Assembly (NCBI RefSeq): GCF_009914755.1
Contig: NC_060936.1
DNA length: 64,000 bases
Source: the human T2T-CHM13v2.0 reference genome, Homo sapiens
Reading direction: 5' to 3' (one strand)
This document shows, piece by piece, positions 31,036 to 44,962 of the stretch; positions within the stretch are counted from its first letter, which is position 1, and every line of letters starts with the position of its first letter. The position numbers and the translations under genes are program-made. The notes under the pieces are model-generated. The model had not been told where the DNA came from. It searched no databases and saw only the letters and a list, made by a program, of their open reading frames with translations.

Positions 31036-31904
31036 TCTGAAACCCTTCAAAAATTTAACTTTACTTTTTTGAAGGGTGGGGGAATGATGGGGAGGGTGAA
31101 AGGTTGGGAAAAAAAACAAGATTGACTTATGTCTGCTTCTCTAACTAGTGAGAATTTTTACTTTTTGTGTCTTGCATGTTGAATGAATGTTTTAGACCAT
31201 ATTTCACATATATTTTGAAGGTCAACTTTAATCATAGGAATAGGTTTATAAGAAGGGAAATTTTCTAAAATTTGGTTTAGAGGCTTGAATTTGAAATTTG
31301 GGGCTAATTTAAAATCTTTGACTTTTATTCATTATCTTATATTTGTATATAAACCGTATAAGTTCATATAGTGAGCAGTCTGCATGTTTTCTGTTTTTAT
31401 TTTTATTTTCCTTTAGCTAATATATTCCAATAATTTGTAAGAGATTCAAATGGAATCCTTAGCATTTTAACAATTGTGCATTCCAGCAATTGTGGTGCAT
31501 TACAAATGAAAGGATTTTAGGATGAAAAGAGGGGGGAGGTTTAGGGTGGCTGTTAATGCTATGACTTCTAAGTCTCCATGCTCTCTTAGTGGTCATGTGG
31601 TTGGCTCATTATTTGAGCAGCATCGCTTTGCGGTTTGACAAGGCTACGCAGCAGCAGCCACTGTTAGCCGATGGTCTTGCAGGTATGTGGATCTAGCTCC
31701 TACCCGTGGTGATGTGGAGCTACAGCATGTCACTGGAGAGACACCAACTGCAGAAAGCTGATACATAATTGTGTATGAGTGGAATACAAAATGAAACCAT
31801 CAAAGTGTCCTTAGCAAATAGCAAACTAGATGACAGATCTCACCAATATGTTTTGCTATAATTTATTGTAGTTTTAAAATTTTCAGGTATTTATGAAAAT
31901 AGGA

Positions 31905-31917
31905 TGCCCTCTAGTGG
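31905..31917 (-). promoter_or_regulatory. CTCF core motif (CCACTAGAGGGCA on the minus strand; motif only)
   Basis: Plus strand TGCCCTCTAGTGG matches CCACYAGRKGGCR at all 13 positions. Confidence 0.45.
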
Positions 31918-32371
31918 GGATCAACAGAATCTTCCAAGTAGTCTAATATTTGCTTAGAGTTGATGTAAAAAGAAGGAAAGAAAGTTGTTGAAAAAACAAA
32001 TATTTTTTGAAAGTTGCTTACTTTTTCCTGGAAATTTCTCTATTGCTCCCTGTCAACTGATGGCTGGATTAGTACTCCCTGTGCACTGCATTTTTATTTC
32101 CATTACTTTTCACAGAGGCTCTTAAACACAGCAGGCAGAGTGTTCTCTCTCAGCTTCCAAGTTCTATGTTTTTAGCCTAAGTGAACGTAAACAATCCCTT
32201 GGCCACTTCTTTCTAAATTAATTAATTAATTAATTATAACCTATCTTGAAACACCTTTGAGGTAGATATCTATCTTTGTCACTAACAATTTAAAGTATTT
32301 AAAACATAGGAATGAATGCTTTGCAAGGAGGATTGTTGTAGGCAATGCTTACCTTACCTTATGCATCTTAC

Positions 32372-32444
32372 CTTCCCTTACCTCCCAAGCTTCTTTTTAC
32401 AAAGCATTTCTTCCTAGCAAGAGAGGCTTGGGAGGTAAGGGAAG
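32372..32444. repeat. Inverted repeat with perfect 19-bp arms and 35-nt spacer
   Basis: CTTCCCTTACCTCCCAAGC (32372-32390) / GCTTGGGAGGTAAGGGAAG (32426-32444). Confidence 0.95.
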
Positions 32445-32506
32445 ATATAGATAGATAGATACATACATACATAGATAGATACATAGATAGATATAGATAT
32501 AGATAT
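32444..32506. repeat. (GATA)/(TACA) compound microsatellite
   Basis: Seen directly. Confidence 0.9.
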
Positions 32507-32625
32507 GCCATGGCTGTTTTATTACTTTTCACTTACATTAAAATACTATATTCTTTACATTGAAAGACAGTTTAAGGTATTAGAATTAAATCTCTTGTAA
32601 TTTGTGAACAGCATTCCATCCACGC

Positions 32626-32812
32626 CAGAGGTTCTCAAACATTAACACAGTTCAGAATCACCTGGCAGACTTTTTAAAATTCATTTGTTGGGCCCCACTA
32701 CCAGTCTCGGATTCAATAGATCTAGGATGGGGCCTGGTAAGTTGCATTTGTAACAAGTTCCTAGATGATTCTGATGCATTGGTCAAGAACCTGCATTTTG
32801 AGAACTACGGTC
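32626..32812. mobile_element. MER5A hAT MITE
   Basis: CAGAGGTTCTCAAA...CAGAATCACCTGG...TTTGAGAACTAC with terminal inverted ends. Confidence 0.85.
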
Positions 32813-33930
32813 TACGCTAAACCAATCTTTCCATCAGTCAATTTTTCTCTGTTAATTGTTGGAAAGTAAGGAGAAATGCTCAGGTCAGAAGCCTGGAAAC
32901 TCTGAACTGCTAAGGCTTAAACGGAATTTATTCTCTTTTAACTTTGTGTTTTATTAACAGTATTTTCTTATGCATATTTATAGCATGTTACTTGGTCTTT
33001 GGAGGATGGTAGCTGATTTTACTTTGAATGTACTTGCACAATTTACATCAATTTATCAGACTGATACAAGAAGAAGTTAAAAGAATCTCAAGTATTCTCA
33101 CTTGTTTTCTTAGAAAAGGGTAGAGATGGACTGTTTTCATAACTGTTTTTTAAAACATACTGTGTGGTATTAATATTTAGATTTTAGCTAATATTGTCAC
33201 CAGCATTATTAGACTTCACAGACTGTTAAGATGAATTCCCCATGGAGCTCTCTGTTAGTACTAGATGTTGCAGCAGTCAAATAAAGGAGACTTTTCTCCA
33301 TATTTTGAGATGGACATAAGATGTAACAGAAATAAGGTAGAAGGCTGGAGTTAAGAAAGGCTCATAAATAAAACATTTCCTTTTGTACGAGCTGAGAGTA
33401 TAAATCTTGAGACAGAAAGTATGGGTTCTATGTAGCACTTACTGTTGCCACCTTGGGAAAATACTTCACTTCTCTGTTTTAGAATCTTCATCTTTAAAAA
33501 CGGAATAGTGGTACCTTCCTCTTAGGGAGCTTTAAGGATTGAATGAGTTAAACTATTTAAAGTATTTAAAATAGTGCTTACTCTCAACACTGTTATTAGT
33601 AGACACTACATCTTGGAGAAAGAATGTTATGTAGCCCTTTCTTGTCATACTGCTGGTAGCAGTGGAAATGCAATTAAAGTGAAATAAAATTTAAGTTACC
33701 ACCAGATTGTGCCTTATAATTATAATAGCCAACTCCTTTTTCAAAAATGTATATCATATCATTTTTTGTAGAAGAAAAGATCATTAGTCAGGCCCCATGC
33801 ATTTAAGACCGGGTAGCTGGTTCTTCATTATGTATTTTATTTCTGCCAGAGTGTTTGATTGACTGTCTGTATTGACCATGAGGTTGCCCAGTATGACTGC
33901 ATCACTAAAGGTTAGAGAAGGAAAATGCTG

Positions 33931-34278
<348 letters not shown>

Positions 34279-35530
34279 TCAGTACATTTGGAACAGCAAG
34301 AAAGATTAGAGAACAACACATATGGCTTTAAATGAATGCCGAGGGGTTCTCACAATGATGATCTGGACACGAACTAGGTAGCTAGAATGCCAAAGGATAA
34401 GGGAGATGGAGGAAAGATGAGGCAGTCATCATTGCAGAGAACCCCTACTAGGATTTCAAAATTGTCTGACCTGTTCCCGACCCCCTCCCTCCCTTCCTCA
34501 TTAACGAAAAACTTATGTGCCTTATCCTTGTTGGTACTGCCCATGGTGCCAAGCACAGTACTGCTCAATAAATGTTGGCAGGTTTGATTTGACTATGAAT
34601 GACATGGTTTGTGTTATGGCCTCAGCTTTTTTCTCTATTAAAAAACTGCATGTAAAGAAAAATCAGAACATACTGTAGTTAGCATAGTAAATCCTACCCT
34701 TTCTTTTCCTATCAACTTACCTGTATTTCTGTTCATCTAAAAATTTCCTATTTCCAATCTAATAATAGAGATATGTAACTAGATTCTAAGCTAGTGAATT
34801 GTGGCTACAATTTTAAACAGATAAATGCAGTTGCAAATGAAAATATTAATGTAATTTCAGCTCTGATAAAATCTGAAATTGAGTTAAAGGGTGCACTTGA
34901 TATCTGCATAACAAAGTGTCACTGGGATGGGTAGGGGTAGGTGCCAGAGAGTTCAGGAGGTCAATGTTGATTATTTGTCCATCTGGCTTTATGGTCAAAA
35001 GAAGTACAGTAGCCTGCTGTGGTGAATTCTCTGTTTGGGTAGGAAATAACTCTCAGAGTACTTGAAAAGTTAAATGCTGTAATAATGATATTTATGCATA
35101 TCAATGTAGTTTATTCATTTTGTCTGAAGACAGCTAATCTCTTCATATGAAATATATCATTAGTAATATGTTAGATATACCAGGATTTTAATATATTAAT
35201 TAAGGACTTGTATTCTTTGCAACTAAAATCAAACCGTTTTAAAAAATAATTAGGAGATATGTATATTTTCTTAAAACCTAAAAACCAATTTTTAGAGTTC
35301 CATTTTTAGAGTTCCATTCCATTAGCCTGTCAAAGCCACCACATTGCATAGCTCTGGCTGCGTCACGGACAGGGACATGTCATTGACCCTATAAGCTATA
35401 AGCCAGTCTTTATTGAGTGTCTACTAAGTGGGAGACACCAGTATCTAGCTAATCCAAACCAGAAATTTGAATTTATCCACCTTGAGTCAAATCTGTTTCA
35501 CTTTCAAGTCTTGCTGATTCTACTCCGTAA

Positions 35531-35937
<407 letters not shown>

Positions 35938-37581
35938 CTATAAACTTTATTTTTAAATGAATGATTTTCATTGTTATTAGACTATTAAAATAAAATAACA
36001 TGTAAAGTTCTACAGGTAAACAAACAAGAGCAGTCCTATCCCTAGCTCCTCTCCAACAAAAAGAATGAATTTCTACCCATTTAGCAATTTCTTATGGTGA
36101 TTATTTTTGTATTTCCAAGTAATATGCTTTAATATCCTACTTTATGAAATTTAGAGACTATTGACTTTTTGGGATGGTATATAAGGACTTTGCTTCTTTA
36201 TAACCCCCTTCTTCTCTGCACTACCCCCAATATACTTACACTATAATTTTCAGTGAAATCTATATTGTTTTCATTGTTCCCATGTAAATATTATTCACTA
36301 CCAGACTAATACTAGCCTAGGATTAAAGTCTCTTTCTTAAACAGAGTTTGTTGTTTTTTTTCTATAGAGCTAATAATTGCCTCATTTTTTTATTGTATAA
36401 TTTATGTTGACTTTATGGCTACATTTACCTTTTTTTTTTTAACAGTTTCCAACAGATCTGTAAAATCCATCCGTATACAATTTTCCTTATAATCCAATTC
36501 TCACACAGTGCATCAGATTTATTATTTCCCTAGTGTTAACAATTCTAGAATCATTTCTCTTTGTTCCAATGTAAAATGATTGCTCTCTAGATCTGTTACA
36601 TAGCAGTTACACTGAACTTTCCTTATCATCAGCTGAAAATGTCTTTGCCTCTCTCTTACATTTGGTCACCTGTTTGTTGGATTCCATTATTTTCACTTCT
36701 GATAGCCTCCTTACAAGGGATGTATGAAAATATTTTTTTCTCTTAGAATGTTTTTGTATAATATATCCTTATTTTATTATCCCAACTGTTGGAAAGTTTG
36801 TCTAGGCATAGAATTTGAGATTGAAAATCAATTTCCTCCAGAATTTCATAGGAATTTCTCTGTATCTTCTAGTTGCAATGTCACTGTAGAGACTTGTGAT
36901 GTCATTATAATTTCTGATCCTTTGGAGGTAACTTGAACTTTTAAAATTTGTTTCTTTGTGCCCCACCCTCCTGAAGCTTTTAGAATATTCTTTTTATCCC
37001 TGATATTGTTATCAATTTTTATCTTCTTAATAGTGATGAACACTTTGAAAATTCTTTCCTATAATTTTTTTCCTATCTTATTTTTTGGAACTAGTATTTT
37101 TTTTGACACTTGACTTACTGAATCCTCTAATATGACTATATTTTTCTATTATTGCTCATCTTTTTCAATTTTGATCTCCCTTCCAATAAACCTTCTCAAT
37201 TTATCCTTCCAGCCTTTCAGCTTTAAAAAGTCAATCATATTTTTAATTTACAAAACTTCTACTTAATCCCTAGATCTTCAAATATATGTGTGTGTATTTG
37301 TGTGTGTGTGGGTGTAAGTGTGCATGTGTGCATATGTGTGTATGTATCATTCATTTTCTTCTGCATCCGCTGAGGAATGCAACTTCTCATTTCTAGCCCA
37401 GGGTATTAATTTTAATTTCCCTGAAGTTCTCTTATGCTTCAGCTTTGTCTGTATTTTATTCTGGCTTCTTTTTATCTGTCTATTTTGGTATCTCCATTTT
37501 ATTTCAGAGAATTTTATCAAACCCCTGGTAAACCTCAATTCTCTGTATCAAGCATGAGACAATAAAAATCTACTTGGAAGC

Positions 37582-37940
<359 letters not shown>

Positions 37941-39119
37941 TTAATGTCTTTTGTGATTCATTATAGGCCATCCTATAATGATGGCCAGCTCATTGATTCA
38001 CTGGGTACCATGAGTGTCAGTATCTGTTGATCTTAGGGATGATCATTGTTGTCAAAGACAGATTTTTTAAATCTGACTGGAGTGAGGGTGGAGGATATGA
38101 AATCCTATATTCCTGAAGGAGAGGGTGCCAGGGAAGCAAAAATCAGTTGCTGGGGTCTCAACATAAGTATATATAATTTTACTTAATCCTTTTGTTTTCA
38201 TTTCCATGCCTTTACCTTTTGTCTTCCTGATAACCCTAAGTCCGGTTTTTCCCTAAAGTATGTCCTGGCTTTTGATGGGAGAATGGATAGGCCGGCAGCA
38301 ATATAACTCTTGAATTTGCTTCATCCTACCTTCCATTTGATCTGATGCTCATACTTTCTGAGCCATTCTGGGGGTCTGTGGGAAAATCTGTTTGCATTAC
38401 TCTGTCTCCCTCTGCAGGCTTCTGTGGGTCCATCTTCCTTTACTACTCTGCTACATGTGTATCATTCTTTCATCTGCCTTCCACACTCATATATTGTGTT
38501 CATGGAAGATAGAATTTGAGTTAAGATTTTTTGTTCTTGCTGTCCTGTGGGCAATTTCTTAGTAAATACAGGGCAGAAAACTATTTTATCATCTAGAATA
38601 CAGAAGTCTTGTAAGTAATCTGTCTTTACTTTCTTGACTCTAAACTTGACTCTAAACTCCATAGCTGCACTCAAGTTCAAGTTTAGTAACAGGAGCATGG
38701 CTGTCATTTTCATGTTCCCTACATGAAAATAAACTTTCACCTAAAAATCTTAATAAAGCCTTCTTAGCTTCAGATATTATTGCTTTTTGCCCAACCCTTA
38801 CCTGATTCCTGGCCTCTTCCTTTAGTGTTTCCATGTGCCCCTTCCCCATGTTCTGGCCAAATAGAACTATACAAAATTCTCTGAAATCATGAGGCTATTT
38901 CATAGCTCTGTTCCTCTGTAGATGTAATTATTTCTGCATATTCTGCATGGAATATGCTTTCCCCTTCCTTCTGATTGTCAAATCTCATCCTTTTATGTGT
39001 CATTTCTCAATCATCATTCTTCTGTAACCTTCATAGTTATGTTTTACTCTTTTTGCTATTTTTATTTAAACTAATTTTCTCTTAAAAATGGAATAAATTG
39101 ACTTCATAAGGGACATTTT

Positions 39120-39400
39120 TTTTGAAGTTAAGTGGGAGCTATTTTGTGATTTTTACTAACACGTTAAATTACTTGATCAGATTTGCATTTTAAAGCAATC
39201 ACTATCTGTAGTGTATAGAATAGTATAATGCTTAGCCTGCCTGCACTCAGAAAGTGTTTATATGACTGTTAGAGTGATTGGGTGAGAGATGATGAGAAGC
39301 GACCCAGGGCAATGATAGTAGCAATGGAGGAGTGGAAGGGTGAAGAGATGTTAAGGAGATAAAATTAACAGCACTAGGTCAGAGATTGAAAGAGAATGAC
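39120..39400 (-). mobile_element. L2 LINE fragment
   Basis: GATCAGATTTGCATTTTAAA..GGTGAGAGATGATG..AGTAGCAATGGAG. Confidence 0.55.
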
Positions 39401-41646
39401 AGAAAAAAAGTAAAAGGAAATTATCAGACTTCAATTTATGTTTACTTTATAATTTACTTGCCTTCATAGACCATCCACCGATCTTATGGGGTAGTCAACT
39501 CATTAATATTCACTTTTAAATCAAACTCCAAAGTTGAGATTTTTGAAAAACTTCATACAGTGTGAGCTTTCATTTTAATGTGAATATTGAGGTGAACTAT
39601 CTGTACAGACTGAGGTGAACTAGCTAGATGGTGAATGTATTACATATATTGTGACAATATGATGTTACCCAAAACTTTTAATGGATTCGTTTCATAATTA
39701 TACCACATGAGCTATTGAGATTTCTAGAAGGCCTACAAGAGTCATGAGATTGGACTCATTCACAGATCTTTTGGTCATATCAGTTCTGTAACAACAACTG
39801 CAGATCCAGTCTGTGATCAACTTTTCAAAACATCTAAAAATAGTATGTATTGTGTCTTAATCCCACACTGTGATTTTGCAACCTTCTTTGTCCAATGTTG
39901 CCTACCATTTTTGAATTTTTGAGTCTTAAAACTGTGGTGTACAAAATTATATCTTTGAAAAAATATATAACTTCACCTTTTAAGCCTCTTTCTCTGTATA
40001 GTAGGAGAAAATGTATTTATCTCAGTTCAAAGTAACATAATCACTTTCAGTTTAAAACTCAGTGTTTGAGGGCCAGGCTCATTCAGTTCCAGATTCTTCC
40101 TTTTCTTTCTGCAGTGATGGGCTGGGGAGGGTTGTTGATTGTGGTTCCTTATTATCATGGCACCAGGGGTGACACAGCTTGTTCATTGCCATTGCTACCC
40201 ACCAAGGCTGCTGTCTGATGAGTGCCCGAAGGTAGGATTCCTGTCATACATAACTTGACTTATTTTAACCTATCCTCACATCTTCTGTGCCCTTTTTGCT
40301 TTTCTGTGCCAGCTCTATACATCCTTCCTGTCCTGATTTCAAGTGCTCTCTAGGATCACTTCTTTCTTCCAGAAAATTCCATATGGCTCTTGGGAAATTA
40401 TTAAAAAAAAGTATGCTTTCCTATACTGTTGTGGTCAATGTTGTCCTTTTGTGATTCCATTCTCAGGTCCAAATGCTACTTTGAAACTCAGTCCAGAGAG
40501 GTAACCTCTTAAATCTGTTCTAGGGCTCCTTTTCCTTCCAATTCTCTTCCCTATACTAGTTTTTCTTTTTGTGGGAAAAACACTTACTTCACTGATCACC
40601 TTTCCCTAAGATATGATTTCTGGTTGCACTTTATATGCTTAGTCTTTTGCTGCTTTTTAAGATGTAGAAGTCCAGTTATTATCATAGAAACCCTTGGTCT
40701 TCAACACAATTCCTGTTATGTCTTAGAAGAACCCATTTAACTTTACAAAGCCAGTAATTTGAACATACCAGGGAGCAGTGCTTATAGAAATGTAATGCTA
40801 CTGCTTGAATGTTGAAGGAAAACAATAATGTTTTAAATAAGTACAGGGTTAAAATTAGCTCAGCTAATATTTTTAAATCCTCTGATTATATTCATAATAT
40901 CTTCTAATCAGGTTACAGATTAGTGTGTTTTTATTCAAACAGACTTTTAATTTCAATGAAGAGGCAGTCTTTCCCCTATCACTTCTCCCTACTTCTTCGA
41001 TTATTTAGGATTCCTTAAAAATAAGTTACTTTATCCCATTGAAACACATATACCTCTATGTAGTGTATGGAATAACAAAAATAGTTATAATCATTTTTAT
41101 ATAACTGAGTGGTAGGTTACTTATAAAATACTAACCAAATGCTAAAATAAATAATTTTTAAAAATGTAGGAGCAGCTTGCTGTGACAGACAAAGATAGTA
41201 TGTAATACTGTCAGTAGTAAAAAAAAATCACAAATGTTTAGGACTTCAAGGAAAATCAGAGTAGATCTTTTTCTGATGTTGTTTCTTCATAGCAGGTTCA
41301 CTTCTCAAAAGAAATATGGTATCATATATGTTGCCTTCTATTTCATCCTCATATTTATAGTGAATAATGAGCACTGTAAGAGAAATATCATAGAGGCAAA
41401 TGATGAAGCTACAAGGTCATTACAACTTCCTGCAATTTTCCTTAATTAGTTAGGTAAACTATATTTGGATGAATATATATGATTTAAGAGTTTAACAATA
41501 ATAATGGTTTACAATATTTCTCATGGTTAATGGAAATGTATTTCATATTAAAGCAGTGAGCTACTAATAACAATATTTAACATAGTGAAAGTCCATATTC
41601 CAAAGTAGAAATTCATTAAATCCTCACAATAATTCCATTGGTTGAG

Positions 41647-42026
41647 GTATTAGTCTGTTTTCACACTGCTATAAAGACATCCCTGAGACTGGGTAACTTG
41701 TAAGGAAAAGAGGTTTAATAGACTCACAGTTCTGCAGGCTCCAAAGGTAGCATGGCTGGGGAGGCCTCAGGAAACTTACAGTCATGGTGGAAGGTGAAGG
41801 AGAAGCAAGATCATCTTACGTGGTGGGAGCCAGAGGAAGAGAGAGAGCCAAGGGGGATGTGCTACGCACTTTCAGAAAAACCAGATCTCATGAGAACTCT
41901 ATCAGAACAGCAAGGGAAGAAGTCTGCCCCCATGATTCAGTCACCTCCCACCAGGCCCCTCCTCCAATACTGGGAATTACAATTCAACATGAGATTTGGG
42001 TGGGGACACAGAGCTAAACCGTATCA
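41647..42026 (-). mobile_element. MaLR solo LTR (MSTA-type)
   Basis: GTATTAGTCTGTTTTCACACTGCTATAAAG...GAGATTTGGGTGGGGACACAGAGCTAAACCGTATCA. Confidence 0.93.
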
Positions 42027-43839
42027 GTAGGTTATAATATTATTGCCATTTTACAGATGAGAATACTGGGGAATTTAGAGAAAAGAAATGTTCAATCAAA
42101 GTCTGCACAAATATTAAGTGGCAGAGCAGACATTCCAACAATGTGAATTGTTCCTCAAAGAATACATGCTATTGCATAATAGGCCCCAAAATTCATACTG
42201 ATAAATGTAAAATATACCATGATACCTTTGATTTTTATCACTTTTAATTATGGTTAATGAATGATTATGCATGCAATTGTACTAGAATTTCTAAGTAGCC
42301 CTCTTGTAAACGCAATCTCAGTAATTCTTCTGAATTCCTTGAGATAAAATTATTAGATGGGATGATATTTATATTCATCACGTTGAAGTTCATCAAAACA
42401 GTCGAAGAAGACTGGCTTCAGATTTCCAGAGATAAATCGTATTGGAAGCTTTAGCCAGAACATTCAGGATTAAAATCTTCAATGACCCTTTTACAAAAAT
42501 TACCAAACACTGAATTATGATTAGTTTGATATTGTTCCCAATTATACCAATTTCTTCACTAAAAAAACTATAATTAATTCATAGCATAAGCCTGCAAAAT
42601 ACATTACTGCACATTTTGTAACTCATTCAGCTGAAACTAAAATGTTAAATACTGTGATTATTATTTTTGTGATAATGAACTGAGGGCAATTTTGGAGTTC
42701 AAATCCAATTTCAGGACCTGATTTCACCATCCTGTTGTATTTATTTAAAGATCACATTCTAATGACAGTTGACAAGGTTGTTTGTATTCTCTCTCATCAC
42801 GGCATTACAGTACATTTATTGATGAGTTTTAAATACATTTTTATACCATGTGTCCTTTGCTCGAAGTCTCCTTAAAGACACAACTCATTTTTCCACCTTT
42901 GTATTCAACTTACACATATACAATTTTGAAAGAGAGAAGTATGTTTGTATATAATATTTTAAAATATATTTACATGTTACTTTGTAATTTTTGAAATATT
43001 TCACCATCTAGATTATAATATCCTTTTGGAAGGCACTGGTTTTCCCTCTCTTGTCATTTCCTTGGAGGGTCTCAAGTATCTTTTAAGTATGGAAGACACA
43101 GCTGTTTATTAGAAGGAACAAATAAAGTGTACTACAATTATTTTTAAATTTGCATTAAATTTCTTTATATAGCCATTGCTCTCACTGATTGCAGCTGAAG
43201 TTAGAAATACGGCCTGAGCAAAGTTTCAGATATTAGAGATGCTGGACATATCAAAGCCCTTAAGCTTGGGATTCCTCTGGAAGAAATTCTGGATCAAACA
43301 AAAAATGATTTGTGAGCTAAAACACAGGTATTACCAACAAGGTATCTTGAAGCCAACTAGCTGGCCTCCCATTTGTTTTCTCACCTAAGTCCCAGGATGA
43401 ATTTGGATAAAGGCTAAGGAACTGTTGACATGCATTTGGAGAATGAAAGTATTCTTATTTTCACTTTCCATTCATATCATTTTGTTTTTTATTTAAACAA
43501 ATGTTTTTGTATAATTAATGTTATCATAAAACAAAACCAACGAAATACAGTTTGATGGAAGTGGTGCCACAATAGAGACATTACAGGTCTGAATGAGAAT
43601 ATGACAGCCTTAATCTGTTATTTAGATTTCCCTGAGTTCAGATGGCAGACAGATTCACAACACCTGTGAAGTGGAAGGCAGGCAGAATTAGTGATAGGAG
43701 TAGTGTCAGAAGCAATTACTACAATTTCTTTAGTCTTCTGATGCCAGCCTTCTCAATTTTCTTAACATTTGTGAAATTATAACTTTAACAAGTATTTGTT
43801 GGAAAGCTATCACAGCAAAATAAAACTAGATGCCATGTG

Positions 43840-44075
43840 ATGATAATAATAGCAAGCATGTTTTTTCATGACTAGCTTTGTGACAGATGCTTTACAAGTG
43901 CTATCTTATTTAGTCCTGGCACAATCCTATAATGTAAGTATTATTTTTCTCCTTGTTTTACAACAAGACTTTTTTTTACAAGAGGAATCTGAAGGTTAAG
44001 TAACTTGTCCAGGGTTCCACTGGTAGTAAGTGGTCTCAAGTCAGATCTGTCTGACTCCAGAACTCATTCTCCTCA
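43840..44075 (-). mobile_element. MIR SINE
   Basis: GAGGAATCTGAAGGTTAAGTAACTTGTCCAGGGT...TCTGTCTGACTCCAG. Confidence 0.75.
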
Positions 44076-44924
44076 CCCTTGTGAATCCTTTTTCAACCCA
44101 TGGCCCCAGTCTTTGCCTATGGACAGATTGGCACAACTCAAGTCTGACTTAACCTGAAGTTTCTACTAGAAGGCCAAAACAATTCTATCATTTAAATGAA
44201 GTGTTAAGAAGGGGAGTGTGCTCAATGTTTTAAATTCTAAACAGTATAAAATCCTTCCAAAAAATGTATGATCATACAAATATAATCAAATCTTAACTGA
44301 GAAAAATTATTACCAAATAAAAGCATCCACCTAAAAATCATGTATTTGTGTGCTAATTCAGGAGACAGTTATGCAAGTAATTTTTCTTACCCTTCAATAT
44401 CTTCAACATAGAGATCATGGATATTAATAAAAGGAGATGCAATTTTGCTCTCACATATATTTTTCTTATGCAATGGGATGCTTCCAGTTGTTTACATCTT
44501 TCAAGAAACTTAATCACCACCAGATATGTACTAGTCTTATGATGCCAGTAGGACTACTTTGTATTTTCTAATAGAAAGGAACACTTTTTCTTCTGTGTTG
44601 TAATCTTGTGATATTTAGACCCAAGATTCATTCAAAACACTTAGCAGCCCCATTTCTAGGTTTTTGACATATAACAATACTAGCATATGAGTTCAGGAAG
44701 GTACATATGTCAGGCTGTCTCTTGCAACTTTAGATATAATAGAAACACATTTAAACAAGTCAAATATCTATCAACTGGGGGATTGATATATATAATGCAA
44801 TATTAAAAATAGATGAACATACATGAAATGGCTCTTAGAAAAGCTGTTAAAATATTGTTACTTATAAATTTGAAACTGCAAAATAATATGTAAAATTTGA
44901 GCCAAATTTGGTTTAAAATGTGAT

Positions 44925-44927
<3 letters not shown>

Positions 44928-44961
<34 letters not shown>
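44928..44961. repeat. (GT)17 microsatellite within an old L1M-like 3' fragment
   Basis: The repeat is seen directly; the host call is tentative. Confidence 0.9.
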
Positions 44962-44962
<1 letters not shown>

